Positions 1 through 7,843 of a stretch of DNA of 64,000 bases are shown in pieces. The stretch covers positions 124,001-188,000 of the IMG/VR virus record IMGVR_UViG_3300018891_000001, one strand, 5' to 3'. The notes below the pieces were generated by a model. The model was not told the origin of the DNA and searched no databases. It saw only the letters and a program-made list of their open reading frames with translations. A program made the translations under genes and the position numbers. Numbering within the stretch: position 1 is the stretch's first letter; each line of letters begins with the position of its first letter.

Positions 1-639
1 GTGCATCAAAATGAATACTATGCGTCTTCTCCTACAACACTCAATGGAGGTTATCCCAGTCAATCCAACGTAGCATCACAGCAAAATTGGTATGAGCAAA
101 CTATGAAGCAATTTGACCCGCAAGGGTATCAGCAAATAAGGCAAGAAGAACAAAAAATGCAAGAAGCAATGCAATTTGCCGACCAAAACTTTCAAAATTC
201 TCAAATAGATTTTCCGTTTGAAAATACACCAAATACAGAAACACCTAAGTCATCACAAGAATTTCAAGCTATCCCACAGGGAAATATAGAGGCACAACCA
301 CAACCAGAAGCACAGCAACAAAACTTTCAAGCGATTCAATACGGTGTACCTGTAGATTCGAAAGAGCAAATTCAAGAACCATCCAAAGAATCTGCTTCGT
401 CTGCTAGAAATGAAAACCCATTAGAACATGTAGTACCTAATAATCCGTGGGATACACCTGAAAATCGGGAGCAAATCGAAATCTTTCGTCAGCATAAAGA
501 ACGATTAGGCATTAAACAAGATAGTCAATTGCTACCGTATGTGCGAGATTATTTTAAAGATGAAAAAGCAACAATTGCAAGCATTACTCCTGAAACATTG
601 AAAGGATTTAACACATATTTAGAAAACATTCATGTATAA
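1..639 (+). CDS. Hypothetical Gln/Pro-rich protein, probably truncated at the window start
   Basis: ORF runs from position 1; low-complexity Q/P/E/N region followed by a compact C-terminal helical segment. Confidence 0.55.
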   Translation: MHQNEYYASSPTTLNGGYPSQSNVASQQNWYEQTMKQFDPQGYQQIRQEEQKMQEAMQFADQNFQNSQIDFPFENTPNTETPKSSQEFQAIPQGNIEAQPQPEAQQQNFQAIQYGVPVDSKEQIQEPSKESASSARNENPLEHVVPNNPWDTPENREQIEIFRQHKERLGIKQDSQLLPYVRDYFKDEKATIASITPETLKGFNTYLENIHV

Positions 640-651
640 GGGTGAGGAAAC

Positions 652-1335
652 ATGGGAAGTGTGGAAGAATTAGCCCACTACTTTGTTTACGAAATTACAA
701 AAGCCAGAATCGGAATTGAAGGCCGATTGCAAAGTGCCTATCATGCCATTACGAAATTATTGGAAAAAGGATGGACACTACAAGAAATTAAAGAAGAGCT
801 TGATCAATTTGCACGAGATTATCCGCAAATTATCCTTAATGTCTATCACGTAGAAGAAATCATGGCGAAGAAAGAACCACCCAACAATTTACTTCAAGCA
901 GATATCTTTTATTATCACAATATATTAAGGGAAGTATCGCCTCCTGTAAAAATTGCAAAGGATCCAAAAACCGGTCAATTAATTCGCCAATCGCATCCGT
1001 TCTTTCTTGAAATGAAGAGACGGTTTACTATGAAGGATTTGCTGAATTATTGGTATGAGCAAATGGATATTGCACCAAGCGAGCATCTAATTCGTCAAGA
1101 TGAAGGAAAATTCAAGTATATGCTTTCCAATTATACACTTGATGAAATTTTATTTGCCATCGATGTTGCTAAAACCATCCGGAAAGAACAGCAATTACGA
1201 CCGCTTCGTAATGCTTTCGATCTTGAAAAATATATAGAAGACGCACGTGAGTTTATTCGTGCCAAAGAAAATATTCATCGGCTGCAGGGGATCAATCGTG
1301 AATTCAAACGACATGACACAAACTGCTACCACTAA
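652..1335 (+). CDS. Hypothetical protein, possibly replication-associated
   Basis: RBS ggtgagg; overlaps the primase start; no recognised family motif. Confidence 0.6.
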   Translation: MGSVEELAHYFVYEITKARIGIEGRLQSAYHAITKLLEKGWTLQEIKEELDQFARDYPQIILNVYHVEEIMAKKEPPNNLLQADIFYYHNILREVSPPVKIAKDPKTGQLIRQSHPFFLEMKRRFTMKDLLNYWYEQMDIAPSEHLIRQDEGKFKYMLSNYTLDEILFAIDVAKTIRKEQQLRPLRNAFDLEKYIEDAREFIRAKENIHRLQGINREFKRHDTNCYH

Positions 1336-2392
1336 TGCTGTGTGGGTAGAATGTGGAGCTGACTTAATCGGTCAGAAAATCCCCTTTACTCGAAAGCATT
1401 ATATGTTTCCGGAATATACGTGGCAATTTCGACAGGCTTACAACAATCAAGGGGTTTATCAAACAGCCATGCAATACATTAACCCTATATGGTATCAAGA
1501 TCATAAAGGAAAATGGCTGATTAATGCTGCCGAGAGTTTAAAGTGGGGCGACTTTTACTTAGACTTTGATACAGTTATTGAAAGTGAAACAGACTATCAG
1601 AAATTAAAAGAAGATGTTCGTATTGCTTTACGATACATTACAGTCATTATGAGTATTGACATTAATCAAGTTCGTTTCTTTTATTCGGGGGGCAAGGGAA
1701 TCCACCTTACCATTCCAGCAATCACTTTAGGACTAGAACCTCATGTGGCTTTAAATCAAATCTATAAAATGATTGCCGAAGATATCAAAACATACTGCAA
1801 ACACAACACATTGGATACTAAAGTATACGATGATAAACGAATGTTTCGGATGGTCAACTCATGGCATATAAAAGGAAAAGCATATAAAATTCCGATTACT
1901 TACGAGGAATTTATTCGTTTGTCATATGCAGAAATTCATCAACTAGCCCAACAACCAAGAACTATTACGGTTGCTGATCCCATTCCCTCAAACCGGGCTC
2001 GCCTTGTTATTAAACAACATATTGAAGAATGGACACAGAAAATTAATCGTCGTCAGGAGTTTAGTGGCAGGTTACGAAAACTCGAAACCGAACCCCCATG
2101 TATTCAAGCAATGTGGCAAAAAGTATTCCGAGAAACCATTGACGAGCGAAACAATAGTGGAACAGCATTGGCTAGTTTTTATCTGCAGCAGGGAATCGAA
2201 CTTGAAGAAACATTGGCTCGTTTACATAAATGGAATGAAGAACGTTGTTCACCGCCTTTAAAACCGAGGGAAATTGAAATTATTGTTCATTCTGTTTATA
2301 ACGGTCAATACAAGTACGGATGTGAAACCTTTAAGCGAGTCAGTGGGGTGTGTGAAAAAGAACAATGTCCATTGTTTAAAAAAGGATCATAA
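1313..2392 (+). CDS. Archaeo-eukaryotic-type primase (AEP) with C-terminal PriCT-like domain
   Basis: DFYLDFD, YSGGKGIHL and RMFRMVNS catalytic motifs; C-terminal RNNSGTALASFY...WNEERCSPPL..EI..IV.SVY; likely start ATG 1313 (ORF track starts at 1247). Confidence 0.8.
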   Translation: MTQTATTNAVWVECGADLIGQKIPFTRKHYMFPEYTWQFRQAYNNQGVYQTAMQYINPIWYQDHKGKWLINAAESLKWGDFYLDFDTVIESETDYQKLKEDVRIALRYITVIMSIDINQVRFFYSGGKGIHLTIPAITLGLEPHVALNQIYKMIAEDIKTYCKHNTLDTKVYDDKRMFRMVNSWHIKGKAYKIPITYEEFIRLSYAEIHQLAQQPRTITVADPIPSNRARLVIKQHIEEWTQKINRRQEFSGRLRKLETEPPCIQAMWQKVFRETIDERNNSGTALASFYLQQGIELEETLARLHKWNEERCSPPLKPREIEIIVHSVYNGQYKYGCETFKRVSGVCEKEQCPLFKKGS

Positions 2393-2418
2393 ATGAATGT
2401 AAGGGGAGTTATGATCTG

Positions 2419-2473
2419 CTCCCTTATGCAAAGTTTATTAGTCTTTGTGATTAATAAGTTTTGCATAGGGGAG
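2419..2473 (+). other. Long intergenic hairpin between primase and helicase
   Basis: ctcccttatgcaaa (2419-2432) pairs with tttgcataggggag (2460-2473); inner ttattagtc/gattaataa stem. Confidence 0.6.
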
Positions 2474-2492
2474 AGAATAGAAAGGAGATAAA

Positions 2493-3587
2493 TTGCCCAT
2501 GTCGGAGATCAACTTTCAAGCTATTTTTCATCAAATGGAACAACAAATCCAAAAGGATGAATCCATTTTTACAACAGATTCTATTAATCCATATCATGTA
2601 AAGTTGCTTGATCCACAGCGTTTATATAATCGTCCTTTAAATCCTATTGAAGCAAAAATGATTCAAAACGTGGCAAGCATTGACCAATATTCTTGGAATC
2701 GTGATGCCCGAGGTGGTTTGACAACGGGGTTTCCACTCTTTGATGAAGCATTAGATGGTGGAGTTCAGCCAGGATTGTTTCTGTTTGCTTCTCAACCCAA
2801 TGTAGGTAAATCAGCCTTATTATTGCAACTTGCCCAACAGATTTCCGATTTAAATGAAAATGTGCATGTTGCCTACCATTCTCTTGATGATAGTGCAAAT
2901 GAACTCGCTCCACGCTATATTGCTTGCAAGCAACAAATTACGATTTCTCAAGCTAAAAATCCTGCTAAATATGCTGATCAGCCAGAGATTTTAGAAAAGC
3001 GAAATCAGGGAATTAAGCATTTATACCGAAATGCTCACAGGTTTTCTTTATGGGATTCCAATGATGGAACCAGTGTGGAAGTCATTGAAAACCGTATCAA
3101 AGAAATGAAAATGCATTTCCCGGAAGACACAAAACTAGTCATTATGATTGATAGTATCTACGACCTTACTGTAGATTCCAAACAACTTCAAGAGAAAGCC
3201 TTATATGAGCATGTCGCAAAAGTCGTTAAAAATTGGTGTGTAGCCTATGATGTCCCTGTTCTTTGTACGGCCCATTTGCGCAAATTAAATGGAGGCCGTC
3301 GCCCAATGACAGACGACTTAAAAGAAAATAACCGACTGGAATATGAAGCTAACTTTATTGCTCTTCTTTACAATGAAGTCGGGATTAAAGAAGAAGGGGC
3401 ACAAATCTATTGGATTAGCGAGGAGAAAGAACAAAAAATGCCTGTTATCGAGATGAAGGTAGGTAAAAATAAATTTGGCAGCTTCAAGGGGACTCGTTTC
3501 TACGAATTTATTCCGGATATGTCTTATCTAATGGAAGCACCTATTGAAGATTGCCGCAGATATGCTTCATTGATTTATCAAAGCTAA
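2493..3587 (+). CDS. dnaB: DnaB-like replicative helicase
   Basis: LTTGFPLFDEALDGG, Walker A ASQPNVGKS, VIMIDSI, DDLKENNRLEYEANFIALL, KVGKNKFG. Confidence 0.85.
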   Translation: MPMSEINFQAIFHQMEQQIQKDESIFTTDSINPYHVKLLDPQRLYNRPLNPIEAKMIQNVASIDQYSWNRDARGGLTTGFPLFDEALDGGVQPGLFLFASQPNVGKSALLLQLAQQISDLNENVHVAYHSLDDSANELAPRYIACKQQITISQAKNPAKYADQPEILEKRNQGIKHLYRNAHRFSLWDSNDGTSVEVIENRIKEMKMHFPEDTKLVIMIDSIYDLTVDSKQLQEKALYEHVAKVVKNWCVAYDVPVLCTAHLRKLNGGRRPMTDDLKENNRLEYEANFIALLYNEVGIKEEGAQIYWISEEKEQKMPVIEMKVGKNKFGSFKGTRFYEFIPDMSYLMEAPIEDCRRYASLIYQS

Positions 3588-3608
3588 TTCAAGGGGGAGA
3601 GTATAAAG

Positions 3609-3902
3609 ATGGAGAAAAGCATGCTAAAAACAATTAAACATGTGAAAGGCAGAGTAGAAGCTATTTTGCGTGAGTATCCCGAAACTCGAAATTGTGACAA
3701 ATTGCTTTGTATCACTTATTGGAAGTTAATTGATGAAGTGAAAGATTTAGATGGAATTCAATTCGCTACATGTCCAGAAGCCATTCGACGAGCCCGACAA
3801 TGGCTTAATGAAAGAGGACAGTATTTGGCGACAGATCCAGAAGTGCTGAAAAAAAGACGATACAATGCCAGAGAAATGAGGATTGGAGTTGCAAAGATAT
3901 AA
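3609..3902 (+). CDS. Hypothetical phage protein
   Basis: RBS ggggag; ILREYPETRNCDKLL...EAIRRARQ. Confidence 0.7.
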   Translation: MEKSMLKTIKHVKGRVEAILREYPETRNCDKLLCITYWKLIDEVKDLDGIQFATCPEAIRRARQWLNERGQYLATDPEVLKKRRYNAREMRIGVAKI

Positions 3903-3907
3903 AAGGA

Positions 3908-4414
3908 GTGATTCAGATGTCCTCGCAAATGCATCAACACTTACGCAAATATGTAGAAGATGGAGTTCAGCAAAAAATACGGCTTCACAATTTGATTGAA
4001 GATTACAAATCGCAAGAACACAAAACTAAAGAACGTATTATTGATGAAAAAACATTAGAAGCAAAACTCAAACAAACCGGAGTCAGTCAGGAAAAAATTA
4101 ACCTGGTCATTGAACGATGCAAGCGTGACGAATCCATCTTAGAAAAGGTAAAGAAATTTATTGATGATACACAAAAAGATATGGATGGACTGACTCTACG
4201 CTTAAATGCTCATCTGGAAGAGCTTGCAGAAATTGAAATCCAGTCAGGTGGCTTTATTGCCCACGCCATTGGAGTCGATAGTGGTGCTCAGTTGGATAAA
4301 GAAAAAATGATTGTAAAAATGAAACCACAAAGCCGGATTGAAATTCCAATTGCCGCTCGACTCAACAAATGGAAAGACAATTCCCAGTTAACTATTAAGA
4401 AAATCAAAAAATAA
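3908..4414 (+). CDS. Hypothetical coiled-coil protein
   Basis: RBS aaggag; operonic spacing. Confidence 0.65.
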   Translation: MIQMSSQMHQHLRKYVEDGVQQKIRLHNLIEDYKSQEHKTKERIIDEKTLEAKLKQTGVSQEKINLVIERCKRDESILEKVKKFIDDTQKDMDGLTLRLNAHLEELAEIEIQSGGFIAHAIGVDSGAQLDKEKMIVKMKPQSRIEIPIAARLNKWKDNSQLTIKKIKK

Positions 4415-4429
4415 GGCAGGTGTGTATGT

Positions 4430-5434
4430 TTGTTATTCTCCTATTATTTTGATACCAAAAAGACTCACTTGTTAAATTGTCATTTTAAAATCCTGCAATT
4501 TATTGAAAAAGCAAATGGAATTATTGAAATTATGTTTTCCGCAGAAATTGCTGAGTGGCAGAATGGTGCCGTTAAAAAGAAAGAAACAAAGGTGGCCACA
4601 TTCACCTTCCCACCTGCACAACAAGGACAAACCAAACACGATATTGATTTTATCCGGCTTCGCTACGGAGATCAGAAGAAATGGATTTTTACAGTAATCA
4701 ATAATAAAAACAGTAATCAAAAAGTAGAAGTCGGATTGATTTCTGATACAGCCAATAAAAATCCATTAGGACTGGATGTGTATCATGATGATGAAGGGTT
4801 TGAAATGGAGTTAAAAGCTAATACACTATCCATTTTAGAACCAACTTATCAACCTCCAATCCTAACACAGACACTAGTAAATACAAAATTTGAACAAGCT
4901 GGGTATCCAGAGCGATTTGGATCTTATACTGCTATATATGATTCTACTTATCAAAATTACCGACTCAGTGATTTTATCCAGTATTTTTCAGAACCTATTC
5001 CACCGGAAGCGGCATTTAAAATCCAAATGGATATCGCACCAACAGAAGTGCAAACCGTTTCAGGCATTGAAATATTCCGTGTTATCGTTCCCCAGTTAGG
5101 CCGGGTCAGCCTATTAAAAAATGGATTTGAATTTCAAATTCATAACGGATTAACCTCCGATATTGTTCGAGCTCTATTGAATAAAGAGGTTGCGCCTATG
5201 GATTTTTGGAATCACGGAATGACTAGTAAAGCAAAATTATCCATTGAGGGGGACGGAAAAGGTAAGTTGTTTATCCGTTATTATGACACCACATTGGAGG
5301 CTACCTATGATCCTACTTGCTCATTCGTGGAATTAGAATTCCGTGGTGTACAAGCAAAAGACGGGGATGCTAATGATCCTAACAATTGGGTATTCTCCCG
5401 GGTTGACAATATTAGTGTTATTTATCAAAAATAA
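4430..5434 (+). CDS. Hypothetical protein (beta-rich)
   Basis: 334-aa ORF with RBS; no recognised motif. Confidence 0.7.
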   Translation: MLFSYYFDTKKTHLLNCHFKILQFIEKANGIIEIMFSAEIAEWQNGAVKKKETKVATFTFPPAQQGQTKHDIDFIRLRYGDQKKWIFTVINNKNSNQKVEVGLISDTANKNPLGLDVYHDDEGFEMELKANTLSILEPTYQPPILTQTLVNTKFEQAGYPERFGSYTAIYDSTYQNYRLSDFIQYFSEPIPPEAAFKIQMDIAPTEVQTVSGIEIFRVIVPQLGRVSLLKNGFEFQIHNGLTSDIVRALLNKEVAPMDFWNHGMTSKAKLSIEGDGKGKLFIRYYDTTLEATYDPTCSFVELEFRGVQAKDGDANDPNNWVFSRVDNISVIYQK

Positions 5435-5437
5435 TAG

Positions 5438-5464
5438 TATAATAAGCATATTGAAATGTATTAC
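5438..5464 (+). promoter_or_regulatory. -10 box TATAAT plus operator-like GAAATGTATTAC
   Basis: TATAAT 5438-5443; motif variant 5453-5464. Confidence 0.6.
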
Positions 5465-5483
5465 AAGATTAGGAGGAATTGAG

Positions 5484-5882
5484 ATGTTAATAGGGCCAAG
5501 TATTACACTCGAAAAACTAGAAGAACATATGAAAAATCGTGTATATGAAATTAAAATGGATCTACCTAAGCTAGAAAAGGAATTTCGACGTTTAGGTGAA
5601 GAATTTAAAATGATTCCACGTACTATCATCAATGAAGAAGGAGAAGAAATTACCAACCCTGATTTTATTGCTATTCCCAAACGCATGAGAGAGATTGAGG
5701 AAGCTATTCAAGAATTACAAGATCAGCAAGAATTTATGGAAGCCAAGCTGATGGAGTTAGAAGATATTGAGGAACGCTCTAAAGGACGAGGTAATGTTAT
5801 CAAATCTAGAGATAAAATTATACTAAGTCTTAATGACTGCATTAAGCTAGGAATTACCTTGAATGAAGAAACCAAAGCATAA
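5484..5882 (+). CDS. Hypothetical coiled-coil protein
   Basis: RBS aggagg before ATG 5484. Confidence 0.7.
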   Translation: MLIGPSITLEKLEEHMKNRVYEIKMDLPKLEKEFRRLGEEFKMIPRTIINEEGEEITNPDFIAIPKRMREIEEAIQELQDQQEFMEAKLMELEDIEERSKGRGNVIKSRDKIILSLNDCIKLGITLNEETKA

Positions 5883-5902
5883 GTCATAAGGGGAAGATAA
5901 AA

Positions 5903-6262
5903 ATGATCACGGTAGAAAAGCAGCGTATGCTAAAAAAATATGAAGAACGCTTGCAACTTCGTGAAGAATATGAACGAGAGAGAATAAAAGAAGTTCATAT
6001 CAAAGCCAAAAAGAGTGACCGATACGGCAAAGAAGATATGTTGAATCTTCCTCGTCATCGGATGTATGGTAAATGTTTGGATTTTGAAGAATGTCCAATC
6101 GATTATAAGTGCCGAAATTACAATTCCACTTATATGAAATGTGTGAACTGTGAATTAGTCAAAACCGGTGACATCTGTCAGAAAAAACACATTCATAATC
6201 CAGAAACCTTCAATATGATGATTAGTCGTGAAAGGATTGACCTAGATGACAAAAATTCGTAA
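5903..6262 (+). CDS. Hypothetical Cys-rich protein
   Basis: CLDFEECPIDYKC...CVNC...C pattern. Confidence 0.65.
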   Translation: MITVEKQRMLKKYEERLQLREEYERERIKEVHIKAKKSDRYGKEDMLNLPRHRMYGKCLDFEECPIDYKCRNYNSTYMKCVNCELVKTGDICQKKHIHNPETFNMMISRERIDLDDKNS

Positions 6263-6378
6263 ATGGCTTGCATTATGAATCAGACCAATTGTTTGAAAAA
6301 GACATTTATCTTGATTTGATAGTGAATAAAGATGGGAATATTGTGGTTGCTACATTATCGGAAAAGGAATGAGTTGGT

Positions 6379-6627
6379 ATGGCAAGAAAAAATCAATCAG
6401 CTTGGTCAGGAATGAATTTTCAACAAATCATGATGCAGCAATCCTATCAAGCCGCTTCATCACCTGCATATTGCCGATATTGTGGACATGACATTAAACA
6501 GCCTACACAAAACAGCACACAAACTGATACAGGTCGTTGGTATGATAGCTGGGAACTGCAAAACAATGCTCATTATAAGTGTTATGATCGACATCGATAT
6601 CAAATGATGCAAACATACAGGAGGTAA
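6379..6627 (+). CDS. Hypothetical protein with CxxC
   Basis: CRYCG; operonic position. Confidence 0.6.
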   Translation: MARKNQSAWSGMNFQQIMMQQSYQAASSPAYCRYCGHDIKQPTQNSTQTDTGRWYDSWELQNNAHYKCYDRHRYQMMQTYRR

Positions 6628-6632
6628 CAATA

Positions 6633-7172
6633 ATGACAACAGTAAACATTGAAGCAAAAGCAATTTCCTATTTTAATCGTGAACTTTCCTTAATTAAAGA
6701 TGCTAGTATTCATGCACTCTTTCATAATGCACTAGCGGTAGCTCCACAGTCTTTTCATGATGATGAGGAGTTATTAGAATATGTGAAAACCGCCTTTCAT
6801 ATTCTAAGAGGCATGTTGGAACAGCGAAACGTAACGGGACTAATACGAGATGCACTATTAGGAACAACATTAATCTGCGATATTATGTATAACGAATTTA
6901 ATGATGATATGAGACATTTACATACTGTAGCAGTACGAAAATACCTAGAAAAACATCAAGTGCACAAAGATGTGCAACAAGGATTATGGGAAAATATTAT
7001 GCGTGCAGTTGAAGCGCATAATGGCGACAAAGGAGCTTCTCCGATTCTAGAAGCCAAACCAGGAACAGCAGAATATGAAGTAGCTCAAGCTTTTGCGGTT
7101 GCTCGATTAGGATTTGTAAAATTAGACTGGGAGGAAGTTTATCGTGACATCGAAAGCAAAACAACGAATTAA
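6633..7172 (+). CDS. HD-domain-like protein, degenerate
   Basis: Layout resembles phage HD proteins (D.L...L..D, AVEAHNG) but has ICD where LHD is expected. Confidence 0.5.
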   Translation: MTTVNIEAKAISYFNRELSLIKDASIHALFHNALAVAPQSFHDDEELLEYVKTAFHILRGMLEQRNVTGLIRDALLGTTLICDIMYNEFNDDMRHLHTVAVRKYLEKHQVHKDVQQGLWENIMRAVEAHNGDKGASPILEAKPGTAEYEVAQAFAVARLGFVKLDWEEVYRDIESKTTN

Positions 7173-7386
7173 AACCACGGTTTTCTGGAGTGGAATCGCT
7201 TCTTCAATTATTCTATTTTCCCAATCAGTAACTACATTACTAGGATATGATATTCCAGAAGAAACCATTGCAACCATTATGGCTGCTGTGAATAGCTTGC
7301 TTTCTGTTTTAACCCTTAGCGGTGTATTGGTAAATCCAGAAGAAGTCGATTCGTTTCAGGCATTTAAAGTAAAAATAAAAAAATAA
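7144..7386 (+). CDS. Holin, phi LC3-like
   Basis: RIKTTVFW...two TM segments...VNSLLSVLTLSGVLVNP. Confidence 0.75.
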   Translation: MTSKAKQRIKTTVFWSGIASSIILFSQSVTTLLGYDIPEETIATIMAAVNSLLSVLTLSGVLVNPEEVDSFQAFKVKIKK

Positions 7387-7403
7387 AATAGGGGGAACTA
7401 CTC

Positions 7404-7676
7404 ATGGACTTTAGCCAAGCTTTGCAATTATTAAAAGAGGGCAAAAAATTAAGACGTAAAGGATGGAATGGAAAAGGAATGTGGATCGTTCTTATGCCAG
7501 CTCTTTATCTAGAACCGGGCATGGTGAATGGTCGAACACGAAAACATATTGGAGAAAATACACCACTTGATTCTCAGCCGTATTTCGCTATGTGGACCGC
7601 TCAAGGGAAATGGCAACCAGGATGGTTGGCTTCTCAAGCAGATTTACTCGCTGAAGATTGGGAAGTTGTAGAATAA
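7404..7676 (+). CDS. DUF2829 / Tad2-like protein
   Basis: MDFSQALQLLKEGKKLRRKGWNGKGMWI...W.ASQADLLAEDWEVV. Confidence 0.85.
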   Translation: MDFSQALQLLKEGKKLRRKGWNGKGMWIVLMPALYLEPGMVNGRTRKHIGENTPLDSQPYFAMWTAQGKWQPGWLASQADLLAEDWEVVE

Positions 7677-7683
7677 AAGATAG

Positions 7684-7729
7684 AAAAATATCCCTCACTG
7701 CAACAACATATAGTGAGGGATATTTTTTT
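7684..7729 (+). terminator. Rho-independent terminator, likely bidirectional
   Basis: aaaaatatccctcact / agtgagggatattttttt. Confidence 0.85.
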
Positions 7730-7741
7730 ACATACTATATC

Positions 7742-7800
7742 TTGTATTTAAGAATACAACATTATATAATAAGACTTGCACGCATGGAGTAATGCATTAC
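7742..7800 (+). promoter_or_regulatory. sigmaA-type promoter with palindromic operator-like site
   Basis: TTGTAT-17-TATAAT (7742-7770); GTAATGCATTAC 7789-7800. Confidence 0.7.
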
Positions 7801-7843
7801 AAAAAATAAAGAAAATTACTAAAAAGTTAGGAGAGAAGAAGCA

